64,000 nt of DNA from Podarcis cretensis (lineage: Eukaryota). Of the stretch, positions 1 through 12,614 are shown in pieces. Under the pieces are notes generated by a model. That model worked only from the letters and a program-made list of their open reading frames with translations, searched no databases and had not been told where the DNA came from. The stretch covers positions 74,400,001-74,464,000 of the forward strand of contig OX638151.1 in assembly GCA_951804945.1 (NCBI GenBank). Reading direction: 5' to 3'. Numbering within the stretch: position 1 is the stretch's first letter; every line of letters begins with the position of its first letter. The translations under genes and the position numbers were made by a program.

Positions 1-854
1 TTCATGTATATTTCTATCACTGAATATGAATGTAACAGGAGTGCAGAAGACAGGATCTGCTTTTTAGTTAAAACCAGAAGTCTGTAATCATGCAAATAAA
101 TATGATGTAACACAACTGGTCTACTGCCTGCTGATGTCACAGAAAAAGTGAAGTCTACATACTCAAGTCTTGCAGTAATTTTCCCACAGCAATTTCTAAG
201 GGAAAGGAGAATTTTGGGATAACTTTATTCAAAGTGAAAGATCAGAGGTCCCCCAGAAACAACCTATAAAAATCCCTTCTCTATTTTCAGATAATAACTC
301 TCCCTTCTGTCACAGCAAAACGATTCAGGAGGAGGATGACAAGACATTAAGAGGCTGACAGTGTTATGAACATGGGACATATCCATACCATACTGTACTG
401 CATCAAAGAGATTTAAACTTACTTTTGTGCACATCTAACATGAAGCCATGAAAATGGACTCTCTTTTTTCTTTCTACTTCTATATGAGAATAAAATATGT
501 CCATCACCATTGTCTTCCCTGTGCCTTCAAATAAAAACACACATACCCAACAGGTTGTTAATTTAAAACACTATGTACTGATTACAGTAATGACTGTTCA
601 TTAGCATCGAGCTAATGAAATCATAATCGTGATCTGAACAGTACAAAATCATTATCTTTGGGAAACAAGACTTCAGCTTATGTGGATGGAATTGCTTGTA
701 TTATCAGAATCTGAACTAAATATAATATCAGAACCAGCAACTATAATTATTGCTTCCATTTGAAATACTTTCAGCAGCACACATTATGAATAAATGTGAT
801 GCCTCTCTTCTTATTTTCAATTTTTATGTATCAACTACAAATGCAGCCTTGTTT

Positions 855-1020
855 AATCAGACCAAGGGTCCATCTACCAAGCATCCTGTTTCCAATCGTG
901 GCCAGACAGATGCTTCTGGGAAGCCCACATAAGCAGGGCATCAGGTCAGCTGGCTGACTACACTGTATGCAACCCAGTACCAAGCCTTCAGAGGTACACT
1001 GCAACTGAATCTGGAAGCTG
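855..1020 (-). mobile_element. Decayed CR1-type 3'-end fragment
   Basis: ATCAGACCAAGGGTCCATCTA...GTGGCCAGACAGATGC...GGGAAGCC is the reverse-complement homologue of 46610-46780; resembles squamate CR1 3' UTRs. Confidence 0.5.
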
Positions 1021-1299
1021 TTTGAACCAATAGCTAAACCTTAAATTTAATGCATTGCAAAAGGAACCAAATTAATATGGGTTTAACTGTTTCTTCTTCG
1101 ATGTTTGCCAATAGATAGATCTGTCTTCTACTTAAGGATAAAGAAATACACATTTTAGCAGCTCAAGGCAAAAATACTTTGATCTATTTAGTCCCATTAC
1201 CATCAACAGAATTAACATTTTTCAATGACTAGGTATTATTTGAAAACATATGCAAATATTATATGGGTAAACATTCGGATATACTTCTGATAAACTTAC

Positions 1300-1351
1300 C
1301 AACATCTCCATAGACATAAAGGCCTTTTGGGGGTTTATGTCTTGTAAACAA
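1300..1351 (-). CDS. AFG1L: AFG1-like ATPase (LACE1), coding exon 3; gene continues beyond the left edge
   Basis: Reverse strand tttcag|TTG TTT ACA AGA CAT AAA CCC CCA AAA GGC CTT TAT GTC TAT GGA GAT GTT G|gtaagt = LFTRHKPPKGLYVYGDV(G), the start of the Walker A motif (G-D-V-G-T-G-K-T). 52 bp; phase fits exon 2. Confidence 0.95.
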
Positions 1352-2508
1352 CTGAAAATAAAGAAAATTATTCATTATACTTTATTTTGCTCTGATAAAA
1401 GTTAAATAATGAAACAGACACAATGTACAACACATATTTATCAGGTACTCCGTCATTTGCAGTAAGTTGAGTCTGGCTTAGTTTTGACTTACACTGAAAA
1501 TATATGAAAAAACAAACTTTGATAGCAGATGGTGTCCTATCAATTAAGAGCAAGCACAATGCAATGAATTGACTGTTGGGTTTGGGCAGAGTCCAGATTA
1601 AATAGATGACTTTGGGCATCATCATCCAGTAAGCCCAATATACCTCTTCTCAGGCATGCTGCAAGGATTTTAGGGGAAAGGATATAAAGTTGAATGATAA
1701 CATATGCACCTAATAATATCCCGGAAAATAATGTTTAGGCTTGTTTGTTTTTAAAATGTTAAAGTTCCCATTACGTTCAATTAGGAAAGGAATTAACCCT
1801 TTAAATTAAAACAGTTATTTCAATAAACATGTGAACCTTGCTTCCTAACTCACCCAACTTGCATTTCTGAGGGCTTCCTGTACCCAATCTTTACAGCTTT
1901 GTCTTACAGTTTGTGTCAATGTTACTTGGGAAATGTTAGATGTATACTAATTTTCTGTCCAAGACAAGTCTTCAGGAAAAGGACTTCAACTAATCTGAAT
2001 TTATTTTTAGTTTTATGATGCTGGTATTTTCTCATGGTTGCTTAGATCTGTACCTGGGAGTACAATTGTCATACAATTAGCCTTTCTGAAGTAATAGTGG
2101 TGAGGATGGTGATCTAAAAATTCCTCTCAAAATAGAAACCTCATAAATGGTCACCAGTGTCTAGCACTATTGTGTCTGCAACTCAAAATTCATGTTGCAG
2201 ATGTTTCTGATTATCAAAATATTTTACTGGCTAGTTGACTCATAGCGATCAAACTGCACTTTAGCTTTAGTCCCTGCAGCTAGTATTTTATTAAACACAT
2301 ACCAATAACCACATTTCAAAGCATTTAAAAATAAAAATTGCAAACTAGTACATATCTGCAGCAACAAGAACCACTTCAACACAGAGAACAACAAAACTCC
2401 ACAAAATAAAACTATGGCAAATGTCCATAGTCTGTAAAAAAAAAAAATGCTATTAGAAAAATGCAGATGTTTTAAATGTAAATTTATACTTGTCTATCTT
2501 TTCAGCTA

Positions 2509-2530
2509 GTGTGTGTGTGTGTGTGTGTGT
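2509..2530. repeat. (GT)n microsatellite
   Basis: Direct inspection. Confidence 0.95.
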
Positions 2531-4618
2531 AGAAATCAAATACACAATTACATCAGTGTAGCTATTTGCAGCCATGAGAATTACATGGGTTATCTGTTTT
2601 TTAGAAAAACAATAATGGATACAGGGTTTTGATCACATAGGAGATATCAGTGCATAGGAGCAGGCATATGCATATGAATTGCACTTCTTCATCTCACCCC
2701 ATATGTGCCAAATGGATGTATATATATATATGAAATAAGGTGGGGGATATAGCAACCACTAAATTGATCAAGGTTCCATCTATATTTCCTAAGATGGAGA
2801 GATTCAATAATGGTGATATTTCTGGCCAGCATTATATGCAATTCCCATATTTATGCTTTGGAAGAAGCAACCAAGTTTTTGGAACAGGACGGCAGGATGT
2901 TTTAAATGCATCAACTATACGTATATAATCTATCTAATGTAACATTATAAACCCTGGTATTCTTAGAAGTACTAATAGTGGTCAGTCAGGCAAATCTATT
3001 CGAAAATTAAAGATAAATAAGCTAGCATCCAAAGAATTATCTAACTGGTTTATTGTGCCCAGTGTGGCTTTAAAATAACATTTCTTGAACAGAACTTGCA
3101 CGGAAAACAACTTTTGAAACTGGGCAGTTTGCTGTACAAAGAAAACAAGCATAGAACCATTAGTAAAAGCCTTTGATCTCACCTCAAGTAGCTCTTTGAT
3201 ATCTATCACTTATATAAAAACAATCAAGCATGCTGAAAATATTTGTCTTTAGATTTTCAACCCACTAAATCATTTGCTAAGCAACTGGAGAGAATTATTT
3301 TTACATATGCATGTTATTCTAAGCAGAAAAAACTGGTAGTGAGACAGGTCTCATCAGTTTATGTGATTGCATAGATATTCACCATCATATTTCACAAATG
3401 TACTAATTTAGTTATTGCTTTTACAGTACATTTTTTTTAATGTAACACTAGAGCTGAAACAAATTAAAGTTCAAATTTTTTGATCTCACGTGGAGCTGAG
3501 CAATTTCTAGACTGTGTTTCAAATAAGTATTTTCCTCATCAGTTTGTCAAGTTTCTTTGCCTTTTAAAAATCAGTATATTCAGCAAGTCACACAAGCTAA
3601 CTATTACAACTAAACCACTTGAAGATTTAATTTAGAGCCAAATTAAACTGTGCCCCAAAATGTTAATTCGGTGGACATTTGCAACAAGGTTTCAGATGTT
3701 CTGAAACTGTTTCAGCAATAGTTAGCTGCAACTACTGTAGTAAATTGTGCTGCGAAAATACAAGACAAAATTAGGGTTGTTTTCTAGCCTGTCTGTTTTT
3801 TAAGGACTTGTTTTCAAAATGCTTGCTTACCATTATTCAATATACTTAATTATTCAAAATTACTTAATATTCAAACACTGAACAAGGAAAGAACAAAGAA
3901 ATAAGGAAACAGAAATGGTGATCTGCATTAGAATACTTAAGAACAGAGTAGAAAATTGTGGAGATTGCATTTTACATCATTAACAGTCCAAATCCAACAG
4001 CTCCTTTTTTTTTTTTTTTTTGCAAGAAGAGTATTTATAAGCGATCTGGAGTTAAAGTTGAGCAGTGAGGTGGACTAGTTTATAGGTGACACAAAGTTAT
4101 TCAAGATGGCAAACTTGTAAGCAGTGCCAACAAAAAAAGTCTCCAAAAAAGTCTCCAAGCCAGAAGACAGAACAACAGTGATACACACTGCAGAGAGTGG
4201 ATGGAAGGGAAAGAAAATCTTAATTGCATGCATGCTGAGAGGGGAGTCAATACTTGTGCTAAACAGAAATCTTTGGGTAACAGAACATGTACTGAAAATA
4301 TCAGTTCAGTATTAAGAGGTAATCCTCATAGCATTGCTCATGACTGAAGCTGTGGGGAAAGGTTGTATGCAACTGTGGAGGAGATGTCTGATCTAAAGGC
4401 CAATTCCTAATATAGGGGTTTTTTTTGAGGGGAGAATTATATCTTGCATTACAACAGCTTTGCTTAAAGAAAAAAGAAGTAAATACAAAGTAATAGTGTT
4501 AGATTGTTGCTTTAGCTACTTACTTTTTGTTTTTAAAAGTTCTATGTTGCTTAACTACATATATTGCTTAACTACAATGGTCTCTATGGGGTGTACAAGA
4601 AATACAACAGAGAAAAGG

Positions 4619-4990
4619 TATAAAATCAGTATAAAATCAGTATAAAATCAGACTGCTGAAATAAAATGCCTGCTAGAATAAAAGAGTATTCAGTAGGTGC
4701 CAGAAGCTCAACTGGAAGGGGGCCTGTCCTGACCTCAACTGAAAGAGAGTTCCACAAAATTGGGTCCACAATAGTGAATACATGGCTTCTGGTAGATACG
4801 AGCCATGCATCTGAGCCACAGGGACGGCTGACAGGGACTTCCCTCAAGTTCTCCGTGATTAAGCAGGGATATGAGTGATTAGGTGGTCCTTGCGGTATCC
4901 TGGAACCAAGTTGTTAAGGGCCTAGTAAATTAATACAAGAACATTCAAGTTGGCCTGGTAGCATATGGGCAACCAGGGTGACACTTTTTA
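4619..4990 (-). mobile_element. L2 LINE 3' fragment
   Basis: Reverse translation includes VFTIVDPILWNSLSVEVR, a degenerate L2 ORF2 C-terminal AFSVAAPxLWNSLP motif; ends in the 11-bp unit TATAAAATCAG x3 (4619-4651). Confidence 0.65.
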
Positions 4991-5274
4991 AACACCACTA
5001 GTGGTGGTGGTCTATATAGACCATTGGTCTAGGAGTGCAAGGTTGCTCATTACAACCTTAGACTCAGCTGCCTACCACTATGTTCTATCCAACTCATCTC
5101 ATCCACTTGTCCAGTATCCCTACATATTTCCTACCCTTTTCATATTCACCCTTCCAAGGGTCTTCTTAGTTAATTCCCAATACATGACAATACAAGGGAC
5201 TACTGACATTTTCCTCTCTGTAGCCTAGTGCTGAAAGTCTAGCAGCAATGATCCAAAGACTTAGGCAGAAGTAT

Positions 5275-5393
5275 CAAAGGCTATGTTTAAGGAAGCTTTT
5301 AATGTTTGATGGACTACTGTATTTTAACATTTTGTTGGAAGCTGCCCAGAGTGGCTGGGGAAACTCAGCCAGATGGGTGGGGTATAAATAATA
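5275..5393 (+). mobile_element. LINE (L2-type) 3' tail
   Basis: GCCCAGAGTGGCTGGGGAAAC.CAGCCAGATGGG.GGGGTATAAATAA; the same tail occurs inverted from 56432. Confidence 0.6.
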
Positions 5394-5937
5394 TATGATG
5401 ATGGAATCAAGTATAGTGCAATAAAATAATCATTTTCTATCATTCATTTCTGTTTACAACTCCGACAATTTTGTTTTGGCAAAAAGTTCTTTGTGGGACC
5501 AAGGTACTGCCTTCTGACAGCAATAATGAGCAATTCTAATGGAGAATCTGTTCACTGGGAAGTGGGGGAAATGACTTTCACCATGATTTTGGAAGCACAT
5601 AGGCAGATGTACTGAAGTTCATGGAACAGTGGCAGCTAGATCATATTGCACCTCATGCTAGCCTTACTTTATTGCAGGAGAAACAGAGCTCAGAAACCTG
5701 AATAAAGCTTGTAGGCCAAACATTGTTTCTGAGAACTGAGATTAAGTTTGGAATAGAGAATGCCCTGCCACACACTTGAGAATTGTGGACATTTAAACAA
5801 TATGTGTTTAACCGTGAACAAAACTTCACAAGGCATGTACAAGGGCCTCCCCCTTCAATATGAATAGGTAGGGATTTCACATCTAATCCATAACCAAGTC
5901 AGAACAACTTCATCAGTTATTAAGTGACATATTTGAC

Positions 5938-6065
5938 CAGAGGTGGCCAACATAGTGCCCTGATGGGCTCCAACTCCATCTTCCCAGATCACTGGTCATG
6001 ATGGCAAAGACAGATGGGAGCTGTAGTCCAACAACATCTGGAAGGTACCATGGTGGCTACCCCTA
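5938..6065. mobile_element. Hairpin hAT-type MITE (decayed)
   Basis: GATGGGAGCTGTAGTCCAACAACATCTGGAAGG arm homologous to the 20481-20615 element. Confidence 0.65.
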
Positions 6066-6852
6066 CTGATCTGATCATAATTACAATACTGGTTTCAACC
6101 CAAGAAACATACTGTTGATCTGCCCTTGCCATCAGCTCTTGCCACTAGTACTTTAGCCTGGACTTATAGATTAGGTAAAGTCAACCAACTGCACTTATGC
6201 ATGATTAAAACCAAAGCAGGTTGCCATTGTGGCAGCCTGCACAAACAAGTTCACCATCAACAAAGAAAATGGGATTCACAAAGCATGAAAAAAAAAGAGT
6301 AGGGGGAATACAGGGGAAAGAGTAGGGGAGTAGGGGAATACAAAATATCAGTGATCAGAGGAATTCAGATATAGAGCACATAGAGCTCCCACATAAGAAA
6401 GGCCTTCCATGATGGTTTTAAGCTTCATTTTTCCAATGAACTTGCAGAGCTCCGCAGCTAACAAAATCAAAGGGGAAATACTGTCATACCTGGGCTCCAT
6501 ATGTGCACCATATGATTTTGGATCAGAACCCTTTTCAACAAGTATATAAACTGGTATTCTAAATTTGCTAAAAATCATTTTGTGGAAAAATAAACTTTTA
6601 ACAAGTTTCTCATTTAGACAAATAATGCAGTGCAGTGGTCATTACTATTTTTGTAACTGTGAGATGAGGCCCGAAGTCCCAGCTCTGACTCACAGGGTGG
6701 TCCTAGGTGTGTTTTCTCAGCCCGTTTCTCATGTGTAAATAAAAATTATTAAATGTTACCGTCTACACAATTGTTGCAATCAGAAGTAAGGGAAAAAAAA
6801 CCTAAGTTGAACATTAAAGACTCTACAGTAATGCCTAGTGACAGAATCTCAC

Positions 6853-7076
6853 CTTTGATAAGATGTGCTTTGGACTGATACTATAGCCTTTAAGGCTTTC
6901 ATGTAGCTTCTGCAGGCATTGTACAACTTTTCGTTGTTGCTCATCGTTCCTCAGCTCCTTGGCTTTGATCAGAAACTCATAATGTTCTAAAGGTCCATTG
7001 CAAATTAACAAGGCTTTGGAATTAGCATCTGCTCGAGTGCCACTGGCAGCTTTCTCAGCTGCCTGAACCGTGTAAG
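6853..7076 (-). CDS. AFG1L: AFG1-like ATPase, coding exon 2
   Basis: acag|CT TAC ACG...TCA AAG|gtgaga, 224 bp, encoding (A)YTVQAAEKAASGTRADANSKALLICNGPLEHYEFLIKAKELRNDEQQRKVVQCLQKLHESLKGYSISPKHILSK. Matches the recalled human AFG1L segment AYTVQ...GPLDHYDFLIKAHELKDDEHQRRVIQCLQKLHEDLKGY. Confidence 0.95.
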
Positions 7077-7283
7077 CTGTAAAAAAGAAACATGGGGGAG
7101 GTAAATAATGATTTATTTCATTGTCAATGGAAAAGCTTGAAGATTCAGAGACATTCTTATATGTTCAAATATACACATAGCCATATCAGAGACTATTTAT
7201 TTACTGTGCCTTTTAGTCTAGGAGGTGCCTATTAGGCTCCTCATGCTGCAGTCCTACACACACTTTCTTGGGAGTATGTCTTA

Positions 7284-7485
7284 TACAGACGCTTCAGGTT
7301 ACATACACTTCAGGTTACAGCCTCCGCTAACCCAGAAATAGTACCTCGGGTTAAGAACTTTGCTTCAAGATGAGAACAGAAATCACATGGCCCCATTAGA
7401 TAAAGTGGTACCTCAGATTTAGAACAGTTTCAGGTTAAGAACGGACCTCCAAAGCGAAATAAGTTCTTAACCCGAGGTACCACTT
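7284..7485 (+). mobile_element. Tc1/mariner-type MITE copy lacking its left TIR
   Basis: Homologous to 17858-18072. Right TIR TTAACCCGAGGTACCACT present; left end starts inside the CTTCAGGTTACA repeats. Confidence 0.85.
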
Positions 7486-8479
7486 TATATATGTAGAATG
7501 TATAGGATATGACAGGATGTTTTGTTATCTGGTGTTGGGACAGAAGTAGGATAATGAGATGCACTTACACAGCCTGCTGAAATTTCCTCTTCACCACAAA
7601 TATAAAAAAATGTAGGAGCCCTGTCCTTGTTGGAACTGGCCAGCATAGACAAAAGTCAAATCTGTAATTATCCATTCTTCTTGCTCTGCCTTTTGTTTCA
7701 TTGCTCAAGTTTGAAATTTTTATTAGTTCACATATAGTATTCTATGACAATTAGCCTAGAGCTAAAAGGAGCTGAAGTCCAAAACAGTTGGAAAACAGGA
7801 GATTGAGGAAGGCCAACATAAGCTTTAATGGACTTCAGTGCATTTCACTGGATGCATAAAATGTTTTAAGTTTACGTTACACAGTAAATTCACTATGCTT
7901 GAATAAAACACATTCTGGACTGAAAGCTTGTGTGCAGCATCTAGTAGATTTTAGACACAACATTTATGAAAATATTTCTAAACCACCATAAGATAAAATA
8001 TCAGGGCAGTGAACAAGAAAACATAAAACACCATTAAAAAGAATTAAAATGACTGGTTCATCCATTTAAACAGCTGCAAATGCTTGGCAGCATAAAAATA
8101 TAGTATAATAATAATCAGAGTTTTTGTGACAGTATTCACCAGTACAAAGTACCAGCACCTCATTTTTTTTAAACCAAAAAAATACTAATAATAATGATAA
8201 AACAGTGTGTACAATGTTGAAGGGAAGCACTGACATTTTGAATTCTTCAAACTTAAGAAAAAGGCAACAGAAAATCCCTTCAGGGTGGACAAATATTCTG
8301 AAACATCACAGTCAAAAGCACTTCTTATCTGAGTATCCTTAAACAGAGAATAAACGCCACTGTTCCAAAAGGCCCCATATGTAAGGTAGTGTGGTTTGTG
8401 TAAAGTTGGCCCGTTTGTGTAAAGGAAGCTCGCAGAACATCTCCAATACATTTGCTCCTGAGGAAGTCGAGGGAGGAGA

Positions 8480-9130
8480 AGGTGCGCTCCTAGTTACCGA
8501 AGGGGCTCCTGGCCAGAGGCGCCTGGGGCTTTGGCCCAGTCACGACCCGGCGGTGAGGCAGAGGAGCAGTCGCCGTTTGACAGGCTGCTGCAGCTCCCCG
8601 TTGATACGGGTCAGCGTAACTCTGGGCAGTGGGCGCTCAGCCCTCCGCGGCCAGGACCGCGCAGTCCCATATCTAAGCGGCACTAACCTTTCCGCGGGGC
8701 GCCGGCTTCAGCCCACCCGGTTAGCAGGAGAGCAGCGTGTCGAGCGGCAGCCCTTAGAAAGCAGCGCCCAGTAACCAAGGGCGACACGGGCGCCGCCATG
8801 TTGCCGAGGCCCCCCGCCTACTCGTTTGCTTATGAAGGAAAACTTTATTGAGAAGAAACGGACGCAGACAGCCACGAGTCAGGCCGGTTCCAGTCACCTT
8901 CACCTTGAGGCGGCGTTCCCGGCACAGACTACACGCTCCAGAATGCAACGCGCCGCTCCCCTCGCGCCAATGGAAAGCAGCCGGATACAACGGCATGCCG
9001 GGAAATGTTGTTTTTAATGCCCTCAGATGCCGACCCAGAACTGGGAGATCGCTGGGGTGAATAAACGTGCACCACCGGGACCGCAGGCTGAGGAGACAAC
9101 GTGTATTATTTAGCTACACGTCGTGCATGC
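8480..9130 (-). promoter_or_regulatory. CpG-island promoter of AFG1L
   Basis: Abrupt GC/CpG enrichment around exon 1. ZNF143/THAP11-type motifs at 8927-8947 and 8993-9013, CCAAT near 8967, YY1-like CAACATGGCGGC over the ATG. Confidence 0.8.
8688..8799 (-). CDS. AFG1L: AFG1-like ATPase, coding exon 1 (mitochondrial presequence-like)
   Basis: ATG in context AACATGG inside a CpG island; MAAPVSPLVTGRCFLRAAARHAALLLTGWAEAGAPRK+G|gttagt. 112 bp, phase 1, joins exon 2 in frame. Ala/Arg/Leu-rich and acid-poor. Confidence 0.88.
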
Positions 9131-9627
9131 CCTTATGATCCCGTGTAGGAGATTGTACCTTGCACTAGTCTCGCTGCGATAGCTTAATAATTGACACCAG
9201 GCAACTCAAAATCCCTTTAGGTGGGAAGTTACTCAAGATGACGTGCTTCCCGATCCTGTGCGTTTACTCTTTCATCACATAAGCAAAACAAGTTCATCTT
9301 TTATGCTGAGGCAGGAAAAGAAGTTTATGCTGCAGGAAAAACAATCAAGAGGAGGCTGGCCATAAAGCAGGCCTTGCCCTATATAGCGAACAGTTTCCCT
9401 ATCTTACACCAATTAACATAAAGTTTGTCTAACATATAAACAGCATTAATACCTCTTTTTTTAAAAAAAGTAATTCGCTACCTGCCATATTATTGGACTT
9501 AATGCCAATAAATGCATTGGAATGACAACACTACTATCATTCTTTCCTTATTTGATTTGGATGTAACCCTCACACCGCTACAAGAGCTGACTAGTGCCTT
9601 AGATCTCAGCAAATGTTTGCTGCGTCG

Positions 9628-9842
9628 CACATCCACACCACGCATTTAAGGCACTCTTATACCACTTCTCGTGGCTTCTCCCCTCCTGGCAAAGAATCCT
9701 GGAGACTTTGGTTTTTTAAAGGTGCTACAACTTGTTAGCAGACCTCTTACAGAGCAACAATTTTCAGCACTCTTAACAAACTACAGTTCCCAGGATTCTT
9801 TGTGGAATTTTTTTGTATGTGGTTAGGGTGTGGATGTGAACT
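9628..9842. mobile_element. Foldback MITE remnant
   Basis: Inverted ends CACATCCACACC / GGTGTGGATGTG and an inner inverted pair CAAAGAATCCTGG / CCAGGATTCTTTG. Confidence 0.55.
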
Positions 9843-10193
9843 TAGAAATATAGTTGTAACTACACCAACAAAAGGAACTGATGAACAGTTGAGGAAAGAG
9901 ATGCTCAGTCATAACATTGCTACTTACATTGATCAACCTGTAAAACACTTAATTGTTTCAGCTCCCCTCCCCCTTCTTTTGATGCAGTGTGGGAAGAGCT
10001 TTAAGTTGAGAATGTACTAACACAGATCCATCAGTTAGAGCTAGATTAGTAGCTCTATCCTCTACAACTGCCCTGCTGTTCCATGAATCTTCCCATTCTG
10101 GAGACATGGCACTGTTGACCACCATTCCAGTGCATAATAGGATGCTTGCATACTCACTAGTGTGCATTATGTCATGGTGGAATGTTGAGCCTC

Positions 10194-10772
10194 TGTATCA
10201 GGAACAGGAGTCCGGAGCTGGTTGGCAATGGATCACATGGCAAACTCTTTACTCAAGAAAACACAGTTGACTCAGAGGGCCAGGCCTAGTGATCACAGCA
10301 ACTCGTCCCGGTAGATCTTGCCCCTTTGAAGCAGTTGTGGGGCCTGAAGGTCTCCACCTTCCCACACTTCCTTAAGTCTCCTCCTTCCCCAGGGTCCTTC
10401 CAAAGCAATCTGAGACTCTGCTCTGCCCTCTTCATACCTCTTTTGGTTCTGGGAGATCAGGAGGGAAGGGAGCTAGTCGCAGCAGGAATGAGAGACACCC
10501 TGGCTTCCTCACCAGCCTGACTCATCTCTGTCATTTGGCCTCTCCTCCTCTCCAGCCTCCGCTTCTGCCTCTGATTTTGGACTGTTCTCTGCCACAGACT
10601 CTTCTCCCTAAACCCTGTTACCTCTTCAGCTTCCAACACCTCTTGCTTCCTCTTTTTCCCCTGACCACTCATTGTCATCCCAACACCAGTCCCCTGGCTT
10701 TGAGCCATCTTCCCTTGGGGTTCCCCTGCTGGTGCCTCCAGCTACTCCTCTGCATCCAGCCAGTCCATGACA
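10194..10772 (-). mobile_element. Putative solo LTR
   Basis: About 580 bp compositionally distinct block (purine-rich on the - strand) starting TGTCATGG and ending GATACA, with an AGTAAA variant about 55 nt from its 3' end; no clean TSD. Confidence 0.4.
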
Positions 10773-10939
10773 GACACTCAGTTAAGAGAAAAACTACAAA
10801 GAAGTTTGTAGCACCATAAAAAAATAACAGATTGACTGTAGCATAATCTTTCATGGGGTAGTATCCAATTCATCAGATGTAAGAAGCCAACCAGATGCCT
10901 ATGGGAAGCCTGAAAGCAGGATCTGAGTACATCAGCACA

Positions 10940-11225
10940 CTTGGATGGCTTCAAAAGAGGATTATACAAACACATGGAGGTACAGGCTATTGGTGACTAC
11001 TGGCTACAATGGCTGTGTTCTACCTCCACTTTCAAAGACAGAATGTGTGCTGATGCACCCTGGTGATTCCCAGCAACTTGCCATCATGGCTAGTAGCCAC
11101 CAATAGCATTTACCTCCATGCATTTGTATGATCTTAATGTAAAGTCATCCAAGTTGGGGGCCATCACTGCCTCCTGTGGGAGCAAATTCCATAGCTCAGT
11201 GATGCGCTGTGCTAATAAGTACTGA
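10940..11225. mobile_element. Two CR1 LINE 3' fragments in opposite orientation
   Basis: The - strand encodes QRITELWNLLPQEAVMAPNLDDF (CR1 ORF2 C-terminus, WNxLP). The + strand from 10943, GGATGGCTTCAAAAGAGGATTATACAAACACATGGAGG, is the homologous region. Confidence 0.65.
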
Positions 11226-12614
11226 CTGAAGACTGAACACATTAAAAAATAAATATCTTCTTTTAAAGCAGCAGGATTGCGCCCTGTCAGACACACAAAG
11301 TGTTAAAAATGTTGTGCTTTGTATTTGTAATTTAATAATGATACCAAACCACTTCTTTATGAATTTTTAGAATCAATTTTCCTTTTCGCTGTCCTTTTAG
11401 GAGCTTTTATGGGTTCAGCTCGCTCTATATTGTTAAATGCATCAGCACCTGGGCTCATTTAACAAAGAATTCCAATGCACATCGCTATGAATTGAACAGC
11501 AGACATCTCAAAAAGGCACTGCAATTGTTAGAAGCAATATTTTTAGAAACTCGAACAAGGAAATAAACAACTTCAGTAAAAGTGATTTAAATAACAAATA
11601 ACTTCTCTTATAAACAGCTTAGCTCCTTGAGAACAATGAATAAACAAGGAGACAAGAGTCTTTCTCTCCTCCCCCCCTTTGCATTATTAACTCTCATCAC
11701 GATATGAATGGGTGAAATGTCAGGAATAATTGGAGAAAATCACAGCGTACTCTTTGGCAAAAACATCTGATTTATTTAAATTGTCACTACTCATTCTTAA
11801 TAAATCCTCTCTTTAACCTTTTGATCTGCAATCCAGCAGGCTAAAAACTGTACATTTGTGTGCGATGAACATCTTCCGTCTTCTCACACAGTATCAACAA
11901 AACTGCATATTGTATGTTGAACGAAGAGCAAACACTGCATCCTGTACTTTCTTTCTCAGGGATTGAAACGACCCGGGGGCATGGCTCCAATCACAGAATC
12001 TGGGAATTCACACGAAACAAGTTTGTGCTAAATATAGCTCTGAAAATTATTTCAGTAAAAAGCATGTTGAACATATGAGTGCCGTCTTGTCTGCATTTCC
12101 TTTAATTTACAGTCTCGGTAGTGCAGGTACCTCTTTTCAGTTGCAAACAACAGGGTTTTAATTGTGCATCTGTGAGACTGATATAAACATGCCCAATCCA
12201 GGTGTCTGATCCTAGCACCATGCAAAAAATAAAAAGAAATAAAGGGAAATATTGTTAAGGGAACAATCCGGTTTCAAACACGGGTCAAATTTGTTCTTGA
12301 TGGCATGGTATGAAGTGTACAACTGGGCCAGTGAATAAATGGAGGACATATATGTTTAAGTATTGCTACTTATTTCCCTCTGTGTTTCTGAACATGAGAA
12401 CCAAGGGCTATGGGCCATGTGATCCTGTCAAACAAACTAGTCCTCTATTTCCAAGTATTTCATAGCCTGTTACTAGATGCTGAACAAAAGGTTGTTTGCT
12501 GAATGCCCAATAAAGGCCTATCAGTCTAGCCTTTACCTGAAAATATAACTGCAATCATCCCTAGCTATCTACAGAGTGGAGGGTAGAAGATATCTGGTTG
12601 ACTTTATATATTAT

